The translations under genes were made by a program, and so were the position numbers. From Malacoraja senta (Eukaryota), in contig CM075989.1 of NCBI GenBank assembly GCA_038087875.1, positions 7,566,001-7,630,000 on the forward strand: DNA of 64,000 nucleotides, in the 5' to 3' direction. Shown here piece by piece: positions 38,085-49,586 of the stretch. Numbering within the stretch: position 1 is the stretch's first letter; every line of letters begins with the position of its first letter. The notes beneath the pieces were generated by a model, which saw nothing but the letters and a program-made list of their open reading frames with translations, did not search any database and was not told the origin of the DNA.

Positions 38085-38260
38085 TCCCCCCCCCTCCTCC
38101 CTCCCTCACGGCGACCCCCCCCCACCCCCACGCCGGGTCCTCCATTGTCCATTGTTCTTCCCCCTCCCTCAAGGCGACCCCCCCACGCCGGGTCATCCAT
38201 TGGCCATTGTTCTTCCCCCTCCCTCAAGGCGGTCCCCCCCACGCCGGGTCATCCATTGGC
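38085..38260. repeat. C-rich minisatellite, ~56-bp unit x3
   Basis: Repeated CCCCTCCCTCAAGGCGACCCCCCCACGCCGGGTCATCCATTGGCCATTGTTCTTC. Confidence 0.85.
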
Positions 38261-39135
38261 ACTCTGGTGTAATCCATCCAAGTCTTGAATTTGGGTTTTG
38301 TAGACGTTGCAGACATTGTTGATCCGTTTCGGAGGGGTTTTACCTTGTGTGAGATAGTGTTGAGAAAGTCCCGAGGGTACTGTATGTACAAAAGCAAGAG
38401 TTAGTGAAAGTATGGAGATTTACAGTTCAGGGTGAGGCCATTCGGCCCATTATATTCAAGATGGCTAAAAAAGGACTTCAGATTCCAATTAGTTTAGCAG
38501 CACATGCACTGGGGTGCAATATATTTCTTGCTCACATGGACCTTGGAGTACACAGTATACGTGACAATAAAAACAAGGAATGCAAAACAGGTTCTGGCGG
38601 TCAAGTGCGTTCCAATTGCCATTCTAGGCTAGGGCGCATCGCGACCATCCCTAGGCCCAATTCCCTGGAGGATTCAACCTTGAAAAGAACTCGCCCAATA
38701 TTTTTTTTATAAATTGGAGGATTTCCACCTTCACTACAGGCACTGAGTTCTAGATGCTGTGCTGCATGGCAAATAAGATTATGCTGAAATCCACCTTTTG
38801 TCAAGTTCCTTCCCTTCCACTTTGGTTTGTCTTCCTTGTCAGACTGCACACTTGAGTTGGATATGAGCCCGACTGCTGTGTACGTTTGTGATTAACTTGC
38901 TGATGCAAGATTACATCTCTAACTGACTGACTGATTGATTGAAACAGACTCTTCGGCTCACAGAGTCCATGCCAACCATCAATTATCAGTTGACACAGGG
39001 TCTGAAGAGGGTTCTCGACCCGAAACTTCACCCATCCCTTCTCTCCAGAGAGGCTGCCTGTCCCGCTGAGTTACTTCAACATTTTGTGTCTGTTTTCGGT
39101 GTAAATCAGCATCTGCAGTTCCTTCCTACACACCG

Positions 39136-39442
39136 GTCATGGTGGCGCAGCGGTAGAGTTGTTGCCTTACAGCGCCGGAGACCCAGGTTCGTTCCCGACT
39201 ACGGGTGCTGTCTGTACGGAATTTGTATGTTCTCCCGTGATCTGCGTGGGTTTTCTCCGAGATCTTCGGTTTCCTTCCCACACTCCAAAGACGTGTAGGT
39301 TTGTAAATTAATTGGCTTGGTAAATGTAAAAATTGTCCCTAGTGGACGTAAGATAGTGTTAAAGTGCCGGAATCGCTGGTCGGCATGGACCCGGTGGGCC
39401 GAAGGGCCTGTTTCCGCGCTGTATCTCTAAACAAAACTAAAC
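39136..39442 (+). mobile_element. HE1-like SINE absent from the paralogous site at ~31885
   Basis: A/B boxes and tail; the flanks are contiguous in the 31.7-31.95 kb paralogue. Confidence 0.9.
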
Positions 39443-40014
39443 CAGTTGACACTAGTTTTGTTATCCCATTTTCTCATCCACTGTCTATACAGTAGGGGCA
39501 TTTTGCAGAGGCTAATTAACCTACGAATGTGTAAACTCCACACAGACAACACCCGAGGTCAGGATCGAGCCCAGGTTTCTGACGCTGTGGCACAACAGCT
39601 GTGCCAGCTGTGCCACTGAGCCGTCCTTATGACACATTCAACAAATAATGCATTTATTGATGTTCATGTGAACTCTAATTATTCTTGCATATGGAAATCG
39701 CCGGTAACCCAGCACGATCAAACAATGCTTTTTGGAGATAAAGCATTCGTGGGTCAGGCAGCATCTGTGGAGAGGGAATCGTTTTTGGCTGCTGAGCTGT
39801 TGTTGAGCGGCATTCTGCTGCGGAGTGGCTTTCAGAACCACCAGGTGCTGAGTTTGTGTGTTTCCGCTCCGCTCCCTCAGCTGCAACAGGCTGTGAGGCC
39901 AGTCGGCTCGATAAAGAATAGTCTCGCACGGCAGGAGGGCTGGTGCCCTGGGCAACACAGTGATGGGCTCAGCAGGGGGACCAGTGGGTAGATGAGAGTG
40001 TCAAAACTCTTTGC

Positions 40015-40211
40015 CCTCGGGCTCCTCCTCCTCCGCCTTTTTTCCTTTTTTTCTTTCTTCTCCCCATCCCCTATCAGTCTGAAGAAGGGTTTCGGCCCGA
40101 AACGTTGCCTATTTCCTTCGCTCCATAGATGCTGCTGCACCCGCTGAGTTTCTCCAGCATTTTTGTGTACCTTCGATTTTCCAGCATCTGCAGTTCCTTC
40201 TTTAACACTTT
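40015..40211 (+). mobile_element. 5'-truncated Penelope 3' tail carrying an identical hammerhead motif (40079-40106)
   Basis: Near-identical to 28412-28575; TSD AACTCTTTGC at 40005-14 and 40212-21. Confidence 0.85.
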
Positions 40212-40682
40212 AACTCTTTGCTAATGTTTTGGGTTAGTGACCTTTTGATTTGATTTCAAGTTGCAAGATGCCCAGTCAAGCTGAGCAGAATGTAAAGTCG
40301 GCAGTTCACAACAGGTTTTCGGTCTGTAACAATAACATCCCTGCCACTGCCGCTTCCAGGCATTTTCTGCAACCTTCGCAACCATTACACGTGCCTTTTG
40401 ATTGTTCGCTGTCCCCATTAATCCACCAACTAGATGCCATCATCATGACAATCTTCTTCCCCCACGATTTCTAGGCATGAATTCTAAACCATAATCTTGG
40501 TTCACCCCATCGGATTTATTTTTGTGCACCACTCCCCAACTTTCTCTGTGAGTTTAAACCAACCTGCTTTCCAGTTTGGGTAATTATTTTGCAAATTTTA
40601 TTGGTTGTCTAAGTTATGACTATCGGATGGAAGCTGCATACCAAATCTCGTTGCACCTATGTGCAATGACAATAAAAGATAA

Positions 40683-40683
<1 letters not shown>

Positions 40684-40713
<30 letters not shown>
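40684..40713. repeat. (ATT)n microsatellite
   Basis: Directly visible. Confidence 0.9.
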
Positions 40714-40714
<1 letters not shown>

Positions 40715-41154
40715 GGTCAACAACCCAACAAATTGCAACCCTCCTCCCACAGCTGCTGCTTGATTTTCTGAGTGTTTCCAGCATTTTCTGCATTTATTTA
40801 AACAAGCTAGAAAACCCGATTTCCAGTAGAAAAAGGATCAATAACTTGGGGCATGAATGTTTGAGTTTTTATTGTCATGTGTACTGAGGTACAGTGAAAA
40901 GCTTTTGTCGCGTGAGAATCAGTCAGCGGAAAGACAGAAAGGTGACACATGATTACAATTGAGCCATCCACGGTGTACAGATACATGATAGAGGGAATAA
41001 AGGGAATGGCGTTAGGTGCAAGATAAATGTTGCTGTCCGAGGAGAGATTTAAAAGAGTGGAGGGATTATAATGCGTGATTGCAGATCCACTTCTGTGACT
41101 GGCACACACAGTCGTCAGGTTGGGTGCCATCTTGGATACAATTGGGCCAGGAGG

Positions 41155-41467
41155 TTAGTTTAGTTAATTGTCACTTGTACTGAGGTACAGTGAAAAGCAT
41201 TTGTTGCATGCTATCCAGTCAGTAGAAAGACACACATGATCACAATCGAGCCATTTACAGTGTATAGATATATAATAAGGGAATAATGTTTACTGCAAGG
41301 TAAAGCCATCAAAGTCCGATCAAGGATAGCTCGAGAGTCACCAATGAGGTAGATAGTAGTTCAGGACTCCTCTCTAGTTGTTGATAGGATGATTCAGTTG
41401 CCTTATATCAGCTGGAAAGAAACTATCCCTGAATCTGGAGGTGTGCGTTTTCACACTTGTATACCTA
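41155..41467 (-). mobile_element. LINE 3'-end fragment (Rex1/RTE-like tail); related copies at ~40860-41030, 42285-42445, 62655-62810
   Basis: Recurrent TTTATTGTCAC.TGTAC.GAGGTACAGTGAAAAGC... motif. Confidence 0.55.
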
Positions 41468-43409
41468 TTCTGACAAACACTAACAGAGATATAAAGCGCT
41501 GGAACAACTCAGCGGGTCAGACACCAATCTGGAGAATATGGATAAGTGACGTTTTGGGCTGGGACCCTTCTTCAGACAGAAGAAGAGTCCCGACCTGAAA
41601 CGTCGCCTACCCATGATTTCCATGTATCCTGCCTGACCCACTGAGTTACTCCGGCAATTTCTCTCTCTCATTTTGTAAAGCAGCATCTGCAGTTCCTGGT
41701 TTCAACATACTAACTGACTGGGGTCTGGGGCCAGGAAGTCTAGAGGCCGGTTGCAGATGGAGGCCCGAAGGCAAGGTCCAGGGTTTAGCGGTGGGTTTAT
41801 TCGAGATTGTGACGTTGAAGGCTGAGATGTTGTCTAGCAGTAGCCACTGCCGCCCTTCAATGCTATGGTCAGTTTTGAACTCGTGCCCTGGTCAGCAGTT
41901 CAAAGCTATGTTCTGGAATTCATGGTTGGAGAGGCGAGGGAAGCAGACTGGTGAGTGTTGTATACAAAATGTAACTGCAGTGGGGAAGGTACAGGGAGTG
42001 ACTTGGTCAAGCAGAATTCCGTGATGGAGGAATGATGGGAAACACTCAGCATGTCAGGCAGCATCTGTGGAGTGAAAATCCCAGCTCATGTTTTGTGTTA
42101 GTGATCTTTTGATTTGATTTCAACCTTGGTTCACCCCATCGGATTTATTTTTGTGCACCACTCCCCCGCGTTCTCAGTGAGTTAAAACCAACCTGCTTTC
42201 CTAGTTTGGATAAATGGTCAAGATGAGCTAGAAAACCCCATTTCCAGTAGAAAAAGGATAAATAATTTGGGACTTGAATGTTTGAGTTTAGTTTATTGTC
42301 ACGTGTACCGAGGACCTGTGAAAAGCATTTGTTGCGTGCTAACCAGTAAGCGGAAAGACAATACATGTTTACAATCAAGCCGTCCACAGTGTGCAGATAC
42401 ATGATAGAGGGAATAATGTGAACAGCATTCAGTGCAAGATAAATGTTGCTGTCAGAGGAGAGATTTAAAAGAGTGGAGTGATTGTAATGCGTGATTGCAG
42501 ATCCACCTCTGTGACTCGCACACACTGAGTCGTCAGGTTGGGCGCCATCTTGGATGTAATTGGGCCAGGAAGGTGTTACTGGCACAATAGGAGGTGTAAC
42601 TCACGCAGCGGTTCTTGTTTCCTGGAACCTATTACCTGGAATAACCCGATACCTTTCACACACAGTGTAGGAGAGAACTGCAGATGCTGGTTTAAATCGA
42701 AGGTGGACACAAAATGCTGGAGTAACTCAGCGGAACAGGCAGCATCTCTGGAGAGAAGGGAGAAGGGTCTTGACCCGAAATGTCACCCATTGACTCTGAA
42801 GAAGGGTCTCGAGGCAAAACGTCACCCATTCCTTCTCTCCAGAGATGCTGCCTGTTGTGCTGAGTTACTCCAGCATTTTGTGTTTACCTTCCACACGTTA
42901 TCCCAAGGCCGCCGAGCAGTGAATGGGAAGCTGGGATTGAGCGAGAAAACTTATTTTTCAGTCAATGTGGAGATGTTGCATTTATTCTCTGCCTGCAATT
43001 AAGATTTCCTACATTGAAATGTTTTTTTTGTTGTGTAAATCTTTTATTGGGCATACACATGAAAAACAAAAATGCAAATAATGCGAGCTTTGACGTTCAA
43101 TTTTTTGTTTGTTCCTGGTTGAAGGTTTCTCTGGCTTATTATTTAAATGTGCAGCTGTGACACTGTGCATTAGGCTGACGGGAAAGCTCTTGAAATTCTT
43201 GTTTGTTCTCGTTGTTGAAGGATCAATGAACTCGACTCCAAGAAAACAAATGCCCAGTTGTTGCTGAGCTGAATGGAATGTTCAATCAATTGCGGTCTGT
43301 GCAATGGAAAGGCCATTGTGTCCCGGCACTGTCATACGTGCCCTGTGATTTGATATATATGGTATGGTAGGAGAGTGGTTAATTTAGCTCAGCAGTTCAT
43401 CTGGCTCAT

Positions 43410-43720
43410 ATAAGGTCATAAGTGATAGGAGTAGAATTAGGCCATTCGGCCCATCAAGCCTACTCTGCCATTCATTCATGGCTGATCTATCTCTCGGAGA
43501 ACTCCCATTCTCCTGCCTTCTCCCCATAACCTCTTGACACCTGTACTAATCAAGAATCTATCCATCTCTGCCTTAAAAATATCCACTGATTTGGCTTCCA
43601 CAGCCTTCTGTGACAAAGAATTCCACAGACTCTTGACTTCCACAGACTGTGCATTCCACAGACACAGACCACCCTCTGACTAAATAAAGTTCTCCTCATC
43701 TTCCTAAAATAATGTCCCTG
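43410..43720 (-). mobile_element. CR1 3' fragment
   Basis: Homologous to the other CR1 3'UTRs in the window. Confidence 0.75.
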
Positions 43721-44719
43721 ATTTCCCCTCTATCAAGCCCTGATCTACCTAATGCCAACTTTGTGCTTAACAACTTTATTTGTTCTGAGCACTCTTTCAG
43801 AGAATATTCATTCTGCTGTACCACTGATTTATATGTTAAATACTTGTGGAAATAGTTAGCACATTGCATTGTGCTCGCTCGTGGGTTGGTGTTATAATGT
43901 AAAAGCTAACTAAATAACCCGTCAGGACACTCTGCAAACGGTTGGCATTTGGGAAAATTAGACCCACGATGAGTGAACCAAGACACGATCTGTTTCCTCG
44001 CAGGACAAATTTACTCCAGCTAGTTACGGCGTTGAAGATAGACACAAAGTGCTGGAGTAACTCAGCGGGTCAGGCAGCATCTCTGGAGAAAAATAAATGC
44101 TTCTCTTCAGCCCCCCTCCCCCAACCACAATCAGTCTGAAGAAGGGTCCCAACCAAAATGTCGCCTATCCATGTTCTCCAGAGATGCTGCCTGACCCGCT
44201 GAGTTACTCCAGTATTGTGGTCTCTTTTTGTAAACCAGCACCTGCAGTTTGATGTCTCCCCACTGACACTCCGCCAACAATACAATGCACAATGTAACCG
44301 TCTTGCAGAACAATGCAATGTTGGGGCACTGATCCAGAGAGACATTCGATCAGCTGCTTAAAGCAGAGCTCAGATATTGAATCTGAAATTCCATCCCTAA
44401 ATTAAAAGATGGTGAACTCAGATTATAGGATGCACGGTGTGTGGCACTTAGCTGGCAAGGAACCTTGCCATAACTTTGTCCTCACTTGTAACTGAAGATG
44501 TGATGGTACACCTGAGATGGACGTGTTGGTGAAGATTTGTAGGCTGCATCCTCCCTGCCACAGGATACCCACTGATCTCGACTGGCCTGTCCCACATCTA
44601 GTTACCTTCCCCGTAACCTGTGGACACTGGGGCCTGAGTGCAAAGTTAGCATGGCAGAGATTGTAAATCAAAGGGGTTTCTTAATCCATGAAAACTGAGC
44701 TCAGACAAGTCCGTATTAA

Positions 44720-45050
44720 GTGGGAGAGGCACCATGCCCCCAGTGGGGGTATCTTCCTCTGGTGAGGGGCAGTGTACCCCTAGAGAGGGTAGCTTTCTTT
44801 GTGGGAGGGGGCACCATTCGCTGGGTGGGTGGTTTTCACTTTGGGAGGGGTGGTGCGCCCAGTGAGGGTGGCTTTCTCTGTTGGAGGGGTGGGCGGCATA
44901 ATCCTGTTGAGGGCTGTTCTCTAGGAAGGGGCACCATCCCCCCAGAGGGTGGCTTTCTTGTGGGAGGGGCAATGTACCCCAGTTGAGGACATTCTTGGGA
45001 GGGGTCACTGTGCCCCTGGTGAGGGCTGCTTTCTCTGGGGAAGGGGGCAG
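44720..45050. repeat. Degenerate G-rich minisatellite, ~40-bp unit x~8
   Basis: Recurring GGGAGGGGCA..TGCCCC..GAGGGTGGCTTTCT. Confidence 0.65.
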
Positions 45051-47235
45051 GCCTGGGAATCTGAAATTTGGCAACTAGTATTCGTTGGATGTTTTCATTT
45101 GGATTAGTTTAATCAGCAAACAGGAGTCAGTAACTATTGCGAACAGCAGCATGATGGAGCAGATTTTTCTTGTTATTCGGCAGGGAATCAGAGCTGGAAC
45201 AGACTTTGAACCCTGATAGGCAGCGCTCCCATGCCGGCCATGGATCCCAGTTCTCCGTGTCTCTGCACACTGTCCCCTCACTCTCGCTAACTCTAACCTC
45301 CATCTTACACATACCAACAGGACAAATTAAAACACTGTTTGTTTTCTCCCAGTCCCGTGACCTCTCGCCACTGACTGTGTTTCTTTGGCCTCTGATCATT
45401 GACATGCTGGCTCGCATGTTGGACTTCTTCGTCTGAGCCTCCCGCTGGTTTGGTCCCAAGGGAAGAATCCAGACCTTTCCCATGCGACTGCAGTTCCTTA
45501 TTGGGTAGGAAGGAACTGCAGATGCGGGCTTAAACCGAAGATAGGCTGGAGTAACTCAGCAGGACAGGCAGCATCTCTGGAGGGAAGGAATGGGCGACGT
45601 TTCGGGTCGAGACAACTTCTTCAGATTGTGTCTATCTGCAGTTCCTTCTTCCTGGTCACATCCCGGGAAAGCACCTCATGTCTGTCGGAAGCCACTGGTC
45701 GCTGAACCCAGACCAATGATGAAACAAAGACAACGCAGGACTGGAGTAACTCAGGCAGCACTCCCAGAGAACATGGATAGGTGACGTTATGGGTTGGAGC
45801 AGGAAGACAGGTGGGGGCAGGACAAAGCTTTCTTCACACTGATGAAGGGGGTAGAAAGAAAGCTGGAAGAGAGGGGCAGGACAAAGCATCGCAGGTTAAA
45901 GGTAAATATAGGCGAGGTAGGGCGTGTGATAGGCAGGTGGTTGGACAAAGAAGGCCAGAGATGAAAAAAAACAGGTGCGAGATAAATTGTGAAGCCAGAG
46001 GAAACAATTGTGAAGCCAGAAGAACAGAAAAACAATGATCTGTGACCTGTCAACACTCCTCCTTTCATCTCCAACCACAGTGTATAGGCATTGGATGTCT
46101 AGCTGCCTCTTTAAACCACCATATTGATGCCCACCACCCTACGCTGTCCGATCGCTGCCACTGCGGCAGGGAACGTTGGGGGCGGTGCACTGCTGCAGCG
46201 GGTGGGGCTGCTACTTACAGTTCCAGCAACCCTAAATGAGTGGGCAATTGATGGACAAATGAGGGAGAATGAATTGCAAGGAAGGTAGACAAAAAATGCT
46301 GGAGAAACTCAGCGGGTGAGGCAGCTCCATAGATGCTGCCTCACCCGCTGAGTTTCTCCAGCATTTTTTGTCTACCTTAGATTTTTCCAGCATCTGCAGT
46401 TCTTTCTTAAACATGAATTGCAAAGAAATAGTTTGGGAGGGGAGGAGGAGTTATGAAATCCAGCACACACGATAGTCTTCTGCACCCATAAGGAAACATG
46501 ATAAATGTAAATGATATACGGAAATTAATTGAAGCACATAATCTGTCATTATTTCATTGTTGTGAGTGGATTGTGTAGTGGAGGAAGTGGCTTCTCTATT
46601 TAACAGAGCAGGAAATTACTTCAGTTCAAAAGGACATGATTGGCAGTGAAACGCCCTTGGCTGATGTGGGGCTTTCAATGATGCCACACAAACAGACTTC
46701 ATGGTCCTCGCCTCACTGATACACCAAGGCTGTTTTCTCAGGACCATCCTCGCCGCACCTCATTGCTCTGGCAAGGACTGTTATCCTTACAGCCCATCCC
46801 GGTTGTGCAAGAGATTTCCAGCTAGTCCCACTCCCTCTGCCCCCCCCCCTCCCCCTCCAGTCCCGTAAACCTTTCCCACTGAATGCTACCATTAATCCTG
46901 CCATCATGTGTAGTGGAGGAAGTGGCTTCTCAACTTAACAGAGCATACCATTAGTTATGGGCCAGTATCTCTAAACTAAACCACTTCGTTTTTCTAACCT
47001 AGTCATACTTCCCTTTTCCCATTTACTGGAATCTTTGCGTTCCCCACTTCCTGTCTGATCCACAATCCTCCTGAGCTGTTGGATTACTTCCCCTTTTGCC
47101 TTCAACCTTCTCCCAGCTGACTGACTATACTTCATGGGTCAGACATGTTCTTTGTTCACCGGCACTGAAGTTCTGAGACAACACTGCTGAAGTTGGACAC
47201 CTTCATTTTAGATTAAATTCCATGCAGTCTACATA

Positions 47236-47508
47236 GTTTTAGTTTTAGAGATGCAGCCCAGAGACAGGCCCTTCGACCCACCGGGTCCACGCAAACCACC
47301 GATCCCCGCATATTAACACATTATGTCCTACACACACTAGGGACAACTTTCACATTTACCAAGCCAATTTACCTACTTGGTGGGAGGAAACCGAAGATCT
47401 CGTGTAAAATAAAAACCCTGGCAGATCACAGGGAGATCGTTCTCTGGTTCTCTGGCGCTGCAACCACTGTAAGGCAGCAACTCTACCGCTGCGTCACCAT
47501 ACCGCCCT
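47236..47508 (-). mobile_element. HE1-like SINE
   Basis: Reverse-complement match. Confidence 0.8.
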
Positions 47509-47996
47509 ACTATGTGAATTTGGACACAGCTGGTGAATTTCCTCCTTAGTGAAATATCCTCTCCGTCACTTTATAACTGTTTTAGGATTGAAGTTAATGT
47601 TGATTTCTGGTCTTTTTCTGATTGATTTTTTAAAAAGTTTTAATTCTTTCCTGACCTTTCTGTGTTCCTGAATTATAATGGAATCTGTCCTGATGTTACT
47701 CGTACGCTTTCTTTTTGGTCACTGGCTAGTTTTAATATGCTCCCATCATCCTTCAAACGAGGATGTCTTTTCCCTGGATATCTTCCACACCCATGTCTTT
47801 GCTTCAACCTCTAATTACTTTTCACCGTGCCTGGCAGATCTTTTTACACAACCTCTTGCTTGGCCAAACATCCTGTGTTTGATGTTTCCTGGTTCTCTTC
47901 CATAATTGCTTTGACCCAATGATGTTGTGTTCGCTTGGTGATCTCATCTTAAACTGCGCTGCTACATTTTCCAGGACCGGATCCAACAACACAACT

Positions 47997-48283
47997 GGGG
48001 CAGCACGGTGGCGCAGCAGTAGAGTTGCTGCCTTACAGAGCCACAGACCCGGGTTCAATCCTGACTACGGGTGCTGTCTGTACGGAGTTTGTATCTTCTC
48101 CCTGTGAACGTTTGGGTTTCCTCTGGATGCTCCGGTTTCCTCCCTCATTCCAAAGACTTGCAGATTTGTAGGTTAATTGGCTTCTGTAAATTGTCTCTGG
48201 TGTGTAGGATAAAACTAATGTTCGGGTGATCTCTGGTCGGTGAAGGGCTTGTTTCCACACTATATCTCTAAACTAAACTAAAC
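47997..48283 (+). mobile_element. HE1-like SINE
   Basis: A/B boxes, V-domain, tail. Confidence 0.9.
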
Positions 48284-49165
48284 CAACTCATCCTTCCTCA
48301 TTGGATTAGTTCTAATGACTGAGGAACCTTTTGACACCAGAAGTCCCCGATTGGGCATCAGAGATTCCTTTTTCAGTGCACCATTCTGCTCTGGTTTCGA
48401 GTAGGGTGTCCCTATTTATTTGTCCTCTGTTTCGATTACACACTTGGAATGATGAGCATTTGTAGCCCAGTCCATCACACAAACCAGCCTCCTTCCTTCC
48501 TGTGCCTCCCCCACTCCATCTGCACCACACTGCCTCCGGAAAACAGCCAACATAATCAGGGTCCATTTTAGAACCCGATCCTTTTTCTCCAAAGATACTG
48601 CCTGATCTGCTGAGTTACTCCAGCATTTTGTGTCCATTGTTGGAATAAACCAGCATCTGCAGTTCTCTGTTCCTCCATTTTCACCCCAGTCATTCCCTCC
48701 TCTCCATGTGGATGAGTGTGCTTCCCTTGGTTTTCCCAAGCCTCCTCCCTTTATATGTTCCTCACTCTTTCCACTGATTTGCAGTTAGTCCCAGTTCCGT
48801 TCTCCCATCGGATGGTCACCCTGACTTGAGGAAGGGGGCCTTGGGTTGGGAAGGAGGCCGACGAATTTGACCAAATGTAGCTCCAGGTTTTGTCCACCTA
48901 TCCCTTTGTTACCTGGACACCATTCACGGCATTGCCATGGTTCCTTTCCATGAGCTGAAGATGCTTCAAACCCTACTGGCCTTCATGAACCTTCACTGAG
49001 CCCAGCTCGCTGGCTCTCATTAGAGCAACCCTTCAAGGGTTCGCCGCCTCCCTGTCTCTGCAGCTGCCTCTCCTTCAACCTTGGCCTCTTAACCATACCC
49101 AAGTTTCAATACCTCCTGCTGAACCTCGTTGTACAGAGCCATTCCTTTAACTTCTTCGTTGACAT

Positions 49166-49586
49166 TAGAGAGATACAGTGCGGAAACAGGCCCTTCGGCC
49201 CACCTAGTCCGCGCCACACTTCACACTAGGGGCAGCTTACAATTTTACTGAAGCTAATTAGCGTACAAACCTGCACGTCTTTGGAATGTGGGAGGAAACT
49301 AGGGATTCCTGAAGAAAACCCACGCGGTCATGGGAAGAACAGACAAACTCCGTGCAGACAGCACCCATAGTCAGGATCGAACCCGGTTCTCTGGCCCTGT
49401 AAAGCCCCTGTCCCACTTTCCCAAGTTACTCAGGAATTCTCCCGAGTTTTCCCCTTGATTCAAACTCGGGGAATGTCCGTAGTGAGTCTGTAGGAGGCCG
49501 TAGGAGTCCGTAGATATTTCGTAGCGGCTCGTAATGCCAGCCGTAGGTACTCGGGGCATAAGGCAGCAACTCTACCACTACGCCAC
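49166..49586 (-). mobile_element. HE1-like SINE interrupted by a MITE fragment
   Basis: SINE sequence ..CTGTAA|GGCAGCAAC.. split at TAA. Confidence 0.85.
49403..49558. mobile_element. PIF/Harbinger-type MITE remnant
   Basis: Begins AGCCCCTGTCCCACT, ends GGGGCA; TAA duplicated at 49400-02 and 49559-61; internal CCGTAG repeats. Confidence 0.6.

Noticed and set aside
38085..38260. CRISPR-like array (also the recurrent hammerhead repeats)
   Set aside because: Eukaryotic context, no unique spacers and no cas genes.
45445..45480. TTTGGTCCCAAG (FGPK) resembling the canonical NADK upstream exon
   Set aside because: In-frame stop just upstream, no other matching residues and no suitable splice sites.
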